Source of the DNA: Squalus acanthias
Taxonomy: Eukaryota
Length of the DNA: 64,000 bases
Assembly: GCA_030390025.1 (NCBI GenBank)
Contig: JASTWF010000034.1
Span: 4,092,001 to 4,156,000 of the forward strand
Direction: 5' to 3'
The translations under genes were made by a program, and so were the position numbers. Below, piece after piece: positions 1 through 14,350 of the stretch (positions within the stretch are counted from its first letter, which is position 1; every line of letters begins with the position of its first letter). The notes below the pieces were generated by a model. That model saw only the letters and a list, made by a program, of their open reading frames with translations. It was not told the DNA's origin and searched no databases.

Positions 1-526
1 GTTACAGTTAATTGTTAATTTAGACTTGCTACCCTCTACACCGGGGAATAATGTGACAGTTAATTGTTAATTTAGACATGATACACACTACACCAGGGAT
101 TAAAGTTTCAGTTAAATTTTAATTTGACATGATTCCCTCTACACCGGGGAATTAAGTTACAGCTAATTGTTAATTTGACATATTGCCCTCTACACCGGGG
201 AATAAAGTTACAGTTAATTGTTAATTTAGACATGATACCTTCTACACAGGGGTATAAATTTAATGTTAATTGTTAATTTAGACACGATACACTCTACACC
301 GGAGAATTAAGTTACAGTTAATTGTTAATTTGACATATTGCCCTCCACACCGGGGAATAAAGTTACAGTTAATTGTTTATTTAGACATCTTGGCCTCTAC
401 ACTGAGGATATGAGGTTACAGGTAATTGTTAATTTGACATGCTACCCTATAAACCGGGGAATAAAGTTACAGTTAATTTTACATGATGCACTCAACCCCG
501 GGGAATAAAGTTGAAGTGATTTGTTA

Positions 527-641
527 ATAGAAACATAGAAACAAGGAGCAGGAGTATGCCATTCGGCCCGTCGAGCCTACTCCACCATTCAATACGATCA
601 TGGCTGATCATCCAAATCCAGTACCCTGTCCCTGCTTTCTC
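527..641 (-). mobile_element. CR1 LINE 3' terminal segment (last ORF2 codons, 3' UTR and TTTCTATG tail) fused to the SINE
   Basis: Its reverse complement aligns without gaps to the CR1 end starting at 40652 (22 mismatches in 115 nt by hand, about 81% identity). It encodes EKAGTGY where the LINE ORF2 ends EKAGMGY*. Confidence 0.9.
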
Positions 642-699
642 ACACAGAATCCCCACAGTACAGATAGAGGCCATCTCGGCCCATCGAGCCTGCACCCAC

Positions 700-796
700 A
701 CATATCCCACCCTACCCCCGTAACCCCACGTATTTAATTTCCCCTAACATATGCCATCCTATCCCCGTAACCCCACATATTTAATCCCCCCCTAAC
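700..796. repeat. Two-copy ~47 bp tandem duplication inside the SINE body
   Basis: acatatcccaccctacccccgtaaccccacgtatttaatttcccctaac is followed by acatatgccatcctatccccgtaaccccacatatttaatcccccccctaac. Confidence 0.85.
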
Positions 797-927
797 ACTA
801 AGGGTCAATTTATCATAGCCAAATCAACCTAACCCGCACATTTTTGGACTGTGGGAGGAAACCGGAGCAAACCCACGCAGACACGGGGAGAATGTGCAAA
901 CTCCACACAGACAGTCACCCGAGGTCA

Positions 928-981
928 GATTCGAACCCGGGTCTCTGACGCTGTGAGGCACCAGTGCTAATCACTATGCCA
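928..981 (-). promoter_or_regulatory. Internal RNA polymerase III promoter of the SINE (A box and B box)
   Basis: A-box-like TGGCATAGTGA at 981-971 and B box GGTTCGAATC at 937-928, at tRNA-like spacing. Confidence 0.75.
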
Positions 982-3900
982 CCCTCTACACTGGGGAATA
1001 AAGTTACAGTTAATTGTTAATTTGATATGATGACCTCTGCGCTTGGGAATAAATTTACAGTTAATTGTTAATTTGACATGAGACCCTCTAGACTGGGGAA
1101 AAAAGTTACAGTTAATTGTTAATTTGACATGAGACCCTCTAAACCGTGGAATAAAGTTACATTTAATTGTTAATTTTTCATGATGCCCTCTACACCGGGG
1201 AATAAAGTTACAGTTAATTGTTAATTTGACATGAGACCCTCTACACTGGGGAAAAAAGTTACAGTTAATTGTTAATTTGACAAGATGACCTCTCCCCTGG
1301 GCAATAAAATTACAGTTCATTGTTAATTGAGAGACGATACCCTCTACACCGGGGAATAAGTTTACAGTTAATTGTTAATTGAGATATGATACTCTCTACA
1401 CCAGAAAATAAAGTTACAATTAATTGTTAATTTAGACATGTAATCCTCTACACCACAGAATAAAGCTACAGTTAATGTTTAATTTGACATGATATCCTGT
1501 GCACGAGAGAATAAATTTACAGTTAATTTTTTATCTGTCATAATTTCCTCTACACCGGGGAATAAAGTTAATTTAATTGTTAATTTGACATGATATCCTC
1601 TACACTGGGGAAAATGTTCTGTTAATTGTTAATTTAGACATGATACTCTCTACACCAGAGAATAAAGTTACAGTTAATTGTTAATTTAGACATGATACTC
1701 TCTACACTAGAGACTAAATTTACAGTTAATTGTTAAATTAGACATGATACCCTCTAAACCAGAAAATAAAGTTACAGTTAATTGTTGAATTTACATGATA
1801 CCAACAACACTGTGGAATAAGGTTAGTTATTTTTTTTTAACATGGTAATCTCTGCACTGGGGAATACAGATACAGTTAATTTGAAATGGTATCCTCTGCA
1901 CCGGGGAATAAAGTTACAGTTAATTGTTAATTTTACATGATGCACTCAACCCCGGGGAATAAAGTTGAAGTGATTTGTTTATCTGTGATGATACCCACTA
2001 CACTGGGGAATAAAGTTACAGCTAATTGTTAATTTGACATGATAACATCTGCACTTGGGAATAAAGTTACAGGTAATTGTTAATTTGACATGAGACCCTC
2101 TACACTGGGGAAAAAAGTTACAGTTAATTGTTAATTTGACAAGATGCCCTCTACCCTGGGGAATAAAATTACAGTTCATTGTTAATTGAGAGACGATACC
2201 GTTTACACCGGGGAATAAGTTTACAGTTAATTGCTAATTGAGACATGATACGCTTTACCCCAGAAAATAAAGTTACAGTTAATTGTTAATTTGACATGAT
2301 GCCCTCTGCACTGCGGAATAAAGTTACAGTTAATTGTTAATTTTGACATGATACACTCTACACCGGGAAATAAAATTACACTCAATTGTTAATTTGACAT
2401 GATACCCTCTGCACCGGGGAATAAAGTAAATATCAATTGTTAATTTAGGCATGAAACACTCGACAACAGGGAATAAAGTTAGAGTTAATTATTAATTTGA
2501 TTTGATATCCTCTACACTGGGGAATAATGTTGAAGTTAATTGTTAATTTTGAAATGATAACCTCTGCACAGGAGAATAAAGTTACAGTTAATTGTTAATT
2601 TGACAATATGCCCACTAGACCGGCGAATAAACTTACAGCTAATTGTTTATTTGACATGATAACCTCTGCACTGGGGAATAAAGTTACAGTTAATTGTTAA
2701 TTTCGACATGATACCTTCTACACAGGGGAATAAAATTACAGTTAATTGTTAATTTAGACATGATACCTTCTACACTGGGGAATAAAGTTACAGTTAATTG
2801 TTAATTTAGACATGATACCTTCTACACAGGGGAATAAAGTTACAGTTAATTGTTAATTTAGACAGGATTCCCTCAACATCGGGGAATAAACTTACTGTTA
2901 ATTGTTAATTTGGACATGATTTTCTCTACACAGGGGAATAAAGTTACAGTTAATTGTTAATTTAGAAATGATAAGCACTACACCGGGGAATAATTTTTCA
3001 GTTAATTGTTAATTTAGACATGATATCCTCTACAGCACAGAATAAAGTTACAGTTAATTTGTAATTTGACATGATAACCTGTACGCAAATGAAAAATGTT
3101 ACAGTTAATTTTTAAATGACATAATATCCTCTACACAGGGGAATAAAGTAAATTTAATTGTTAATTTGACACGATGCCCTCCAAACCTGTAAATATAGTT
3201 ACACTTAATATTTAATTTGAAATGAAGCCCTCTACAATGGTGAATAAAGTTACAGTTAATTGTTAATTTAGACATGTTATCTTCTACACAGGGCAATAAA
3301 TTAACAGTTATTTGTTAATTTAGATATGTTTCCCTCCACACTGTGGAATAAAGTTACAGTTTATTGTAAATTAAGAAAAGTTTCCCACCACACCAGGGAA
3401 TAAAGTTACTGTCAATTGGTAATTTGACATGATACCCTCCACACCAGGGTATAAAGTTACATTTAATTGTTAAATAAGACATCATACCCTCTACACTGAG
3501 GATATAAGGTTACAGGTAATTGTTAATTTGACATGATACCCTCTACACCGGGGAATAAAGTTACAGTTAATTGTTAATTTTACATTATGCCCTCAACAGC
3601 GGGGAATAAAGTTGAAGTTAACTGTTAATCTGTCATGATACCCTTTACACTGTGGAATAAAGTTACAGTAATTTTTTGAATTGACATGATACCCTCCACT
3701 CTGTGGAATAAAGTTGCAGTCATTGTTTTAACATGATAATCACTACAATGGGGAATAAAGATACAGTTAATTTGAAATGGTACCCTCTACACCGGGGAAT
3801 AAAGTTTCAGTCAATTGTTAATAGCGACATGATACTCTCTACACCGGGGAATAACGTAAATGTCAATTGCTAATTTAGGCATGAGACCCCCTACACCAGG

Positions 3901-4189
3901 GAATAAAGGTACAGTTAATTGTTAATTTGACATGATAGCCTCTACACCGGGGAATAAAGTTACAGTTAATTGTTAATTTCGACATGATGCCCTCTACACT
4001 GGGGAATAAAGTTACAGTTAATTGTTAATTTCGACATGATTCCCTCAACACCGGGGGATATAGTTACAGTTAATTGTTAATTTAGACAGGATACTCTCTA
4101 CATCGGGGAATAAAGTTACTGTTAATTGTTAAGTTAAACATGATTTTCTCTACACAGTGTAATAAAGTTACAGTTAATTGTTAATGTAG

Positions 4190-7100
4190 ACATGATTCCT
4201 TCTACATCGGGAAATAAAGTTGAAGTTCATTGTTAATTGATAAATGATAACCTCTGCACCGGGGAATAATTTTTCAGTTAATTTTTAATTTCAACAAGAT
4301 AACCTCTGCACTGTGGAATAAAGTAACAGATAATTGTTAATTTAGACATGCTATCCTCTACACCACAGAATAAAGTTACAGTTAATTTTTATGTTGACAT
4401 AATATCCTCTACACCAAGGTGTAAAATTGCAGTTAATTGCTAATTTAGACATCATGCCCGCTGCACTGAGGATATAAGGTTACAGGTAATTGTTGATTTG
4501 ATATGATACCCTCTACACCGGGGAATAAAGTTACAATTAATTGTTAATTTTACATGATGCCCTCAACTCCGGGGAATAAAGTTGAAGTGAATTGTTAATC
4601 TGTCATGATACCCTCTGCACTGGGGAAGAAAGTTACAGTTAATTGTCAATATGACATGATGACCTCTAGCCCGGGGAATAAAGTTAAAGTTGATTGTTAA
4701 TTGAGACATGATGACCTCTACACCGGGAAATAAGTTTACAGTAAATTGTTAATTTCGACATGATAAACTCTGCAATCTGGATTAAAGTAACAGTTAATTG
4801 TTAATTTGGACATGATATCCTCTACACCAGACATTAAAGTTACAGATAATTTTTAATTTGACATAATATCCTCTAAACCGGGAAATAAAGTTACAGTTAA
4901 TTGTTTATTTTTCATGATGCCCTCTACACCGGGGAATAAAGTTACAGTTAAATGTTAATTTTTCATGATATCCTCTACACCAGGAAATAAAGTTACAGTG
5001 AATTGTTCATTTAGTCATGATACCTACTACTCCAGAGAATAAAGTTACAGTTAATTATTGAATTTACATGATGCCCCCTACACTGGGGAATAAAGTTGCA
5101 GTTAATTGTTGAATTTGCATGATATCCTCTACACTGTGGAATAAAATATCAGTCATCTTTTTTTGACATGATAATCTCTACACTGGGGAATAAAGATACA
5201 GTTAATTTGAAATGGTGCCCTCTACACCGGGGTATATAGTTACAGTAAATTGTTAATTTAGACATGATGCCCGCTACACCGTGGAATAAAGTTACAGTTA
5301 ATTGTTAATTTAACATAATGCCCTCTACACCAGTAAATATAGTTACACTTAATATTTAATTTGAAAAGATTCCCTCTACAACGGTGAATAAAGTTACAGT
5401 TAAAAGTCAATTTAGACATGTTACATTTTACACAGGGGAATAAATTTACAGTTATTTGTTAATTTAGATATGTTTCCCTTCACACCGTGGAAAAAAGTTA
5501 CAGTTAATTGTAAATTAAGAAAAGTTTACAACCACACCAGGGAATAAAGTTACTGTCATTTGCTAATTTGACATGATACCTTCTACACCAGGTATAATGT
5601 TACAGTTAATTGTTAAATAAGACATCATGCCCTCTACACTGAGGATATAAGGTTACAGGTAATTGTTAATTTGACATGATACCCTCTGCCCCGGGGAATA
5701 AAGTTACAGTTCATTTTTAATTGAGACATGATAACCTCTACACCGGGGAATAATTTTACAGTTAATTGTAAATTTAGACATGATAAACTCTGCACTGTGG
5801 ATTAAAGTAACAGGCAATTGTTAATTTGAAATACCATCCTCTACACCGGGGAATAAAGTTCATTTCATTGTTAAATTGACATGATATCCTATACATTGGG
5901 GAAAAAAGTTACAGTTAATTGTTAATTTGACATGATACCTTCTACACCAGAGAATAAAGTAACAGGTAATTTGTAAGTTGACATGATATCCTTTAAACCG
6001 GGGAATAGAGTTACAGATAATTGTTAATTTAGACATGATTCCTTCTACATCGGGAAATAAAGTTGAAGTTCATTGTTAATTGATAAATGATAACCTCTAC
6101 ACCGGGGAATAATTTTTCAGTTAATTGTTAATTTCAACAAGATCACCTCTGCACTGTGGAATAAAGTAACAGATACTTGTTAATTTAGACATGCTATCCT
6201 CTACACCACAGAATAAAGTTACAGTTAATTTTTAATTTGACATGATATCCTGTACACAAGAGAATAATGTTACAGTTAATTTTTATTTTGACATAATATC
6301 CTCTACACCGGGGAATAAAGTTGATTTAATTGTTAATTTGACACGATATCCTCTACACGGGGGAAAAAAGTTACAGTTAATTGTTAATTTAGACATGATA
6401 CTCTCTACACCACCAGAGAATGAAGTTACAGTTAATTGATAATTTAGACATGGTGCCCTCGACACCGGGGAATAAAGTTACAGTTAATTGTTAATTTGAA
6501 TGATACCGTCTACACTGGGAAATAAAGTTACAGTTAATTGTTAATTTGACATGATGCCCTCTACAATGGTGAATAAAGTTACAGATAATTGTTAATTGAG
6601 ACATGATACCTTCTGCACACGGGAATAAATTTAACGTTATTTGTTAATTCAGATATGTTTCCCTCTACACCGTGAAATAAAGTTACAGTTAATTGTAAAT
6701 TAAGGAACGTTTCCCACCACACCAGTGAATAAAGATACTGTCAATTGCTAATTTGACATGATACCCTCTACACCAAGGTGTAATGTTGCAGTTAATTGCT
6801 AATTTAGACATCATGCCCGCTGCACTGAGGATATAAGGTTACTGGTAATTGTTGATTTGATATGATACCCTCTACACCGGGGAATAAAGTTACAGTTAAT
6901 TGTTAATTTTACATGATGCCCTCAACTCCGGGGAATAAATTTGAAGTGAATTGTTAATCTGTCATGATGCCCTCTGCACTGGGGAAGAAAGTTGCAGTTA
7001 ATTGTCAATATGACATGATGACCTCTACCCCGGGGAATAAAGTTAAAGTTGATTGTTAATTGAGACATGATGACCTCTACACCGGGGAATAAGTTTACAG

Positions 7101-10100
7101 TAAATTGTTAATTTCGACATGATAAACTCTGCAATCTAGATTAAAGTAACAGTTAATTGTTAATTTGGACATGATATCCTCTACACCAGAGATTAAAGTT
7201 ACAGATAATTTTTAATTTGACATAATATCCTCTAAACCGTGGAATAAAGTTACATTTAATTGTTAATTTTTCATGATGCCCTCTACACCGTTGAATAAAG
7301 TTACAGTTAATTGTTAATTTGACATGATATCCTCTACACCGGGAAATAAAGTTACAGTGAATTGTTCATTTAGACATGATACCCTCTACACCAGAGAATA
7401 AAGTTGCAGTGAATTGTTAATTTAGACATGATACCTACTACTCCAGAGAATAAAGTTACAGTTAATTATTGAATTTACATGATACCCCCTACACCGGGGA
7501 ATAAAGTTGCAGTTAATTGTTGAATTTGCATGATATCCTCTACACTGTGGAATAAAATATCAGTCATTTTTTTTTAACATGATAATCTCTACACTGGGGA
7601 ATAAAGATACAGTTAATTTGAAATGGTGCCCTCTACACCGGGGTATATAGTTACAGTAAATTGTTAATTTAGACATTTTGCCCGCTACACCGTGGAATAA
7701 AGTTACAGTTAATTAATAATTTAACATAATGCCCTCTACACCAGTAAATATAGTTACACTTAATATTTAATTTGAAAAGATTCCCTCTACAACGGTGAAT
7801 AAAGTTACAGTTAATAGTCAATTTAGACATGTTACATTTCACACAGGGGAATAAATTTACAGTTATTTGTTAATTTAGATATGTTTCCCTTCACACCGTG
7901 GAAAATAGTTACAGTTAATTGTAAATTAAGAAAAGTCTACAACCACACCAGGGAATAAAGTTACTGTCATTTGCTAATTTGACATGATACCTTCTACACC
8001 AGGTATAAAGTTACAGTTAATTGTTAAATAAGACATCATACCCTCTACACTGAGGATATAAGGTTACAGGTAATTGTTAATTTGACATGATACCCTCTGC
8101 CCCGGGGAATAAAGTTACAGTTAGTTTTTAATTGAGACATAGTAACCTCTACACCGGGGAATAATTTTACAGTTAATTGTAAATTTAGACATGATAAACT
8201 CTGCACTGTGGATTAAAGTAACAGGCAATTGTTAATTTGAAATACCATCCTCTACACCGGGGAATAAAGTTCATTTCATTGTTAAATTGACATGATATCC
8301 TATACATTGGGGAAAAAAGTTACAGTTAATTGTTAATTTGACATGATACCTTCTACACCAGAGAATAAAGTAACAGGTAATTTGTAAGTTGACATGATAT
8401 CCTTTAAACCTTGGAATAGAGTTACAGATAATTGTTAATTTAGACATGATTCCTTCTACATCGGGAAATAAAGTTGAAGTTCATTGTTAATTGATAAATG
8501 ATAACCTCTACACCGGGGAATAATTTTTCAGTTAATTGTTAATTTCAACAAGATCACCTCTGCACTGTGGAATAAAGTAACAGATACTTGTTAATTTAGA
8601 CATGCTATCCTCTACACCACAGAATAAAGTTACAGTTAATTTTTAATTTGACATGATATCCTGTACACAAGAGAATAATGTTACAGTTAATTTTTATTTT
8701 GACATAATATCCTCTACACCGGGGAATAAAGTTGATTTAATTGTTAATTTGACACGATATCCTCTACACGGGGGAAGAAAGTTACAGTTAATTGTTAATT
8801 TAGACATGATACTCTCTACACCACCAGAGAATGAAGTTACAGTTAATTGATAATTTAGACATGGTGCCCTCGACACCGGGGAATAAAGTTACAGTTAATT
8901 GTTAATTTGAATGATACCGTCTACACTGGGAAATAAAGTTACAGTTAATTGTTAATTTGACATGATGCCCTCTACAATGGTGAATAAAGTTACAGATAAT
9001 TGTTAATTGAGACATGATACCTTCTGCACACGGGAATAAATTTAACGTTATTTGTTAATTCAGATATGTTTCCCTCTACACCGTGAAATAAAGTTACAGT
9101 TAATTGTAAATTAAGGAACGTTTCCCACCACACCAGTGAATAAAGATACTGTCAATTGCTAATTTGACATGATACCCTCTACACCAAGGTGTAATGTTGC
9201 AATTAATTGCTAATTTAGACATCATGCCCGCTGCACTGAGGATATAAGGTTACTGGTAATTGTTGATTTGATATGATACCCTCTACACCGGGGAATAAAG
9301 TTACAGTTAATTGTTAATTTTACATGATGCCCTCAACTCCGGGGAATAAATTTGAAGTGAATTGTTAATCTGTCATGATGCCCTCTGCACTGGGGAAGAA
9401 AGTTGCAGTTAATTGTCAATATGACATGATGACCTCTACCCCGGGGAATAAAGTTAAAGTTGATTGTTAATTGAGACATGATGACCTCTACACCGGGGAA
9501 TAAGTTTACAGTAAATTGTTAATTTCGACATGATAAACTCTGCAATCTAGATTAAAGTAACAGTTAATTGTTAATTTGGACATGATATCCTCTACACCAG
9601 AGATTAAAGTTACAGATAATTTTTAATTTGACATAATATCCTCTAAACCGTGGAATAAAGTTACATTTAATTGTTAATTTTTCATGATGCCCTCTACACC
9701 GTTGAATAAAGTTACAGTTAATTGTTAATTTGACATGATATCCTCTACACCGGGAAATAAAGTTACAGTGAATTGTTCATTTAGACATGATACCCTCTAC
9801 ACCAGAGAATAAAGTTGCAGTGAATTGTTAATTTAGACATGATACCTACTACTCCAGAGAATAAAGTTACAGTTAATTATTGAATTTACATGATACCCCC
9901 TACACCGGGGAATAAAGTTGCAGTTAATTGTTGAATTTGCATGATATCCTCTACACTGTGGAATAAAATATCAGTCATTTTTTTTTAACATGATAATCTC
10001 TACACTGGGGAATAAAGATACAGTTAATTTGAAATGGTGCCCTCTACACCGGGGTATATAGTTACAGTAAATTGTTAATTTAGACATTTTGCCCGCTACA

Positions 10101-13100
10101 CCGTGGAATAAAGTTACAGTTAATTAATAATTTAACATAATGCCCTCTACACCAGTAAATATAGTTACACTTAATATTTAATTTGAAAAGATTCCCTCTA
10201 CAACGGTGAATAAAGTTACAGTTAATAGTCAATTTAGACATGTTACATTTCACACAGGGGAATAAATTTACAGTTATTTGTTAATTTAGATATGTTTCCC
10301 TTCACACCGTGGAAAATAGTTACAGTTAATTGTAAATTAAGAAAAGTCTACAACCACACCAGGGAATAAAGTTACTGTCATTTGCTAATTTGACATGATA
10401 CCTTCTACACCAGGTATAAAGTTACAGTTAATTGTTAAATAAGACATCATACCCTCTACACTGAGGATATAAGGTTACAGGTAATTGTTAATTTGACATG
10501 ATAACCTCTGCCCCGGGGAATAATGTTACAGTTCATTTTTAATTGAGACCTGATAATCTCTACACGGGGAATAATTTTACAGTTAATTGTAAATTTAGAC
10601 ATGATAAACTCTGCACTGTGGATTAAAGTAACAGGCAATTGTTAATTTGAAATACTATCCTCTACACCGGGGAATAAAGTTAATTTCATTGTTAAATTGA
10701 CATGATAATCTATACACTGGGGAAAAAAGTTACAGTTAATTGTTAATTTGACATGATACCCTCTACACCGGGGAATAAATTTACAGTGAATTGTTAATTT
10801 AGACATGATACCCTCTACACCAGAGAATAAAGTTACAGTTAATTGTTAAGATTTCATGATGCCCTCTACACCGGGGAATAAAGTTGAAGTTAATTGTTCA
10901 TCTGTTATGATACCCTCTACACTGGGGAATAAAGTTCCAGTTAATTGTTAATTTGACATGATGTCCTCTGCCCCGGGAAATAAAGTTACAGTTAATTGTT
11001 AATTTGTCAGGATATCTTCTGCAACGGGGAATAAAGTTACTGTTAATTGTTAATTTAGTCATGATACCCTCTACACCAGAGAATAACGTTACAGTTAATT
11101 GTTGAATTTACATGATGGTCTCTACACTGTGGAAGAAAATAACAGTCAATTTTTTTAAACATGATAATCTCTACACTGGGGAATAAAGATACAGTTAATT
11201 TGAAATGGTGCCCTCTACACCGGGGTATATAGTTACAGTAAATTGTTAATTTGGACATGATGCCCTCTACACCGGGGATGAAATTTTCAGTTAATTGTTA
11301 ATTTAGACATGATGCCCTCTACACCGTGGAATAAAGTTACAGTTAATTGTTAATTTGACATGATACCTTCTACACCAGAGAATAAAGTAACAGGTAATTT
11401 GTAAGTTGACATGATATCCTTTAAACCGTGGAATAGAGTTACAGTTAATTGTTAATTTAGACATGATTCCTTCTACATCGGGAAATAAAGTTGAAGTTCA
11501 TTGTTAATTGATAAATGATAACCTCTACACCGGGGAATAATTTTTCAGTTAATTGTTAATTTCAACAAGATAACCTCTGCACTGTGGAATAAAGTAACAG
11601 ATAATTGTTAATTTAGACATGCTATCCTCTACTCCACAGAATAATGTTACAGTTAATTTTGAATTTGACATGATATCCTGTACACAAGAGAATAAAGTTA
11701 CAGTTAATTTTTATTTTGACATAATATCCTCTACACCGGGGAATAAAGTTGATTTAATTGTTAATTTGACACGATATCCTCCACACTGGGGAAAAAGTTA
11801 GAGTTAATTGTTAATTTAGACATGATACTCTCTACACCACCAGAGAATGAAGTTACAGTTAATTGTTAATTTAGAAATGGTGCCCTCGACACCGGGGAAT
11901 AAAGTTACAGTTAATTGTTAATTTGAATGATACCGTCTACACTGGGTAATAAAGTTACAGTTAATTGTTAATTTGACATGATGCCCTCTACAATGGTGAA
12001 TAAAGTTACAGTTAATTGTTAATTGAGACATGATACCTTCTGCACACGGGAATAAATTTACCGTTATTTGTTAATTCAGATATGTTTCCCTCTACACCGT
12101 GAAATAAAGTTACAGTTAATTGCAAATTAAGGAAAGTTTCCCACCACACCAGTGAATAAAGATACTGTCAATTGCTAATTTGACATAATACCCTCTACAC
12201 CAAGGTGTAAAGTTGCAGTTAATTGCTAATTTAGACATCATGCCCGCTGCACTGAGGATATAAGGTTACAGGTAATTGTTGATTTGATATGATACCCTCT
12301 ACACCGGGGAATAAAGTTACAGTTAATTGTTAATTTTACATGATGCCCTCAACTCCGGGGAATAAATTTGAAGTGAATTGTTAATCTGTCATGATGCCCT
12401 CTGCACTGGGGAAGAAAGTTGCAGTTAATTGTCAATATGACATGATGACCTCTACCCCGGGGAATAAAGTTAAAGTTGATTGTTAATTGAGACATGATGA
12501 CCTCTACACCGGGGAATAAGTTTACAGTAAATTGTTAATTTCGACATGATAAACTCTGCAATCTAGATTAAAGTAACAGTTAATTGTTAATTTGGACATG
12601 ATATCCTCTACACCAGAGATTAAAGTTACAGATAATTTTTAATTTGACATAATATCCTCTAAACCGTGGAATAAAGTTACATTTAATTGTTAATTTTTCA
12701 TGATGCCCTCTACACCGGGGAATAAAGTTACAGTTAATTGTTAATTTGACATGATATCCTCTACACCGGGAAATAAAGTTACAGTGAATTGTTCATTTAG
12801 ACATGATACCCTCTACACCAGAGAATAAAGTTACAGTGAATTGTTAATTTAGACATGATACCTACTACTCCAGAGAATAAAGTTACAGTTAATTATTGAA
12901 TTTACATGATACCCCCTACACCGGGGAATAAAGTTGCAGTTAATTGTTGAATTTGCATGATATCCTCTACACTGTGGAATAAAATATCAGTCATTTTTTT
13001 TAACATGATAATCTCTACACTGGGGAATAAAGATACAGTTAATTTGAAATGGTGCCCTCTACACCGGGGTATATAGTTACAGTAAATTGTTAATTTAGAC

Positions 13101-14350
13101 ATTTTGCCCGCTACACCGTGGAATAAAGTTACAGTTAATTGTTAATTTAACATAATGCCCTCTACACCAGTAAATATAGTTACACTTAATATTTAATTTG
13201 AAAAGATTCCCTCTACAACGGTGAATAAAGTTACAGTTAATAGTCAATTTAGACATGTTACATTTCACACAGGGGAATAAATTTACAGTTATTTGTTAAT
13301 TTAGATATGTTTCCCTTCACACCGTGGAAAATAGTTACAGTTAATTGTAAATTAAGAAAAGTCTACAACCACACCAGGGAATAAAGTTACTGTCATTTGC
13401 TAATTTGACATGATACCTTCTACACCAGGTATAAAGTTACAGTTAATTGTTAAATAAGACATCATACCCTCTACACTGAGGATATAAGGTTACAGGTAAT
13501 TGTTAATTTGACATGATAACCTCTGCCCCGGGGAATAATGTTACAGTTCATTTTTAATTGAGACATGATAATCTCTACACGGGGGAATAATTTTACCGTT
13601 AATTGTAAATTTAGACATGATAAACTCTGCACTGTGGATTAAAGTAACAGGCAATTGTTAATTTGAAATACTATCCTCTACACCGGGGAATAAAGTTAAT
13701 TTCATTGTTAAATTGACATGATATTCTATACACTGGGGAAAAAAGTTACAGTTAATTGTTAATTTGACATGATACCCTCTACACCGGGGAATAAATTTAC
13801 AGTGAATTGTTAATTTAGACATGATACCCTCTACACCAGAGAATAAAGTTACAGTTAATTGTTAAGATTTCATGATGCCCTCTACACCGGGGAATAAAGT
13901 TGAAGTTAATTGTTAATCTGTTATGATACCCTCTACACTGGGGAATAAAGTTCCAGTTAATTGTTAATTTGACATGATGTCCTCTGCCCCGGGAAATAAA
14001 GTTACAGTTAATTGTTAATTTGTCAGGATATCTTCTGCAACGGGGAATAAAGTTACTGTTAATTGTTAATTTAGTCATGATACCCTCTACACCAGAGAAT
14101 AACGTTACAGTTAATTGTTGAATTTACATGATGGTCTCTACACTGTGGAAGAAAATAACAGTCAATTTTTTTAAACATGATAATCTCTACACTGGGGAAT
14201 AAAGATACAGTTAATTTGAAATGGTGCCCTCTACACCGGGGTATATAGTTACAGTAAATTGTTAATTTGGACATGATGCCCTCTACACCGGGGATGAAAT
14301 TTTCAGTTAATTGTTAATTTAGACATGATGCCCTCTACACCGTGGAATAA
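4190..14350 (+). repeat. Higher-order repeat block: about 4 copies of a 1.8-3.0 kb unit
   Basis: The diagnostic monomer gacatgattccttctacatcgggaaataaagttgaagttcattg occurs at ~4190, 6032, 8443 and 11460. The ORF track repeats at offsets 2411 (6242/8653) and 3016 (11055/14071). Confidence 0.88.

Larger units (their letters stand above)
527..983 (-). mobile_element. tRNA-derived V-SINE (HE1-like, as in elasmobranchs), slightly 5'-truncated, with an extra CR1 3' end
   Basis: The minus strand reads GGTGGCATAGTGATTAGCACTGGTGCCTCACAGCGTCAGAGACCCGGGTTCGAATC (tRNA-like head). This is followed by TGTGTGGAGTTTGCACATTCTCCCCGTGTCTGCGTGGGTTTGCTCCGGTTTCCTCCCACAGTCCAAA (V-SINE core, recognised from memory of HE1/DANA-type SINEs), then LINE-like tails ending in TTTCTATGTTTCTAT. 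Confidence 0.88.

Noticed and set aside
492..710. 72-aa minus-strand ORF
   Set aside because: It spans two retroelement tails and satellite. Only EKAGTGY reflects the end of a CR1 ORF2.
920..983. Possible tRNA gene
   Set aside because: It has A/B boxes but no complete cloverleaf, and it continues into the V-SINE core, so it is a SINE head.
3335..3720. CACTGTG heptamers resembling V(D)J recombination signals
   Set aside because: They are point variants of satellite CACCGGG. I saw no nonamer at 12/23 spacing and no V, D or J segments.
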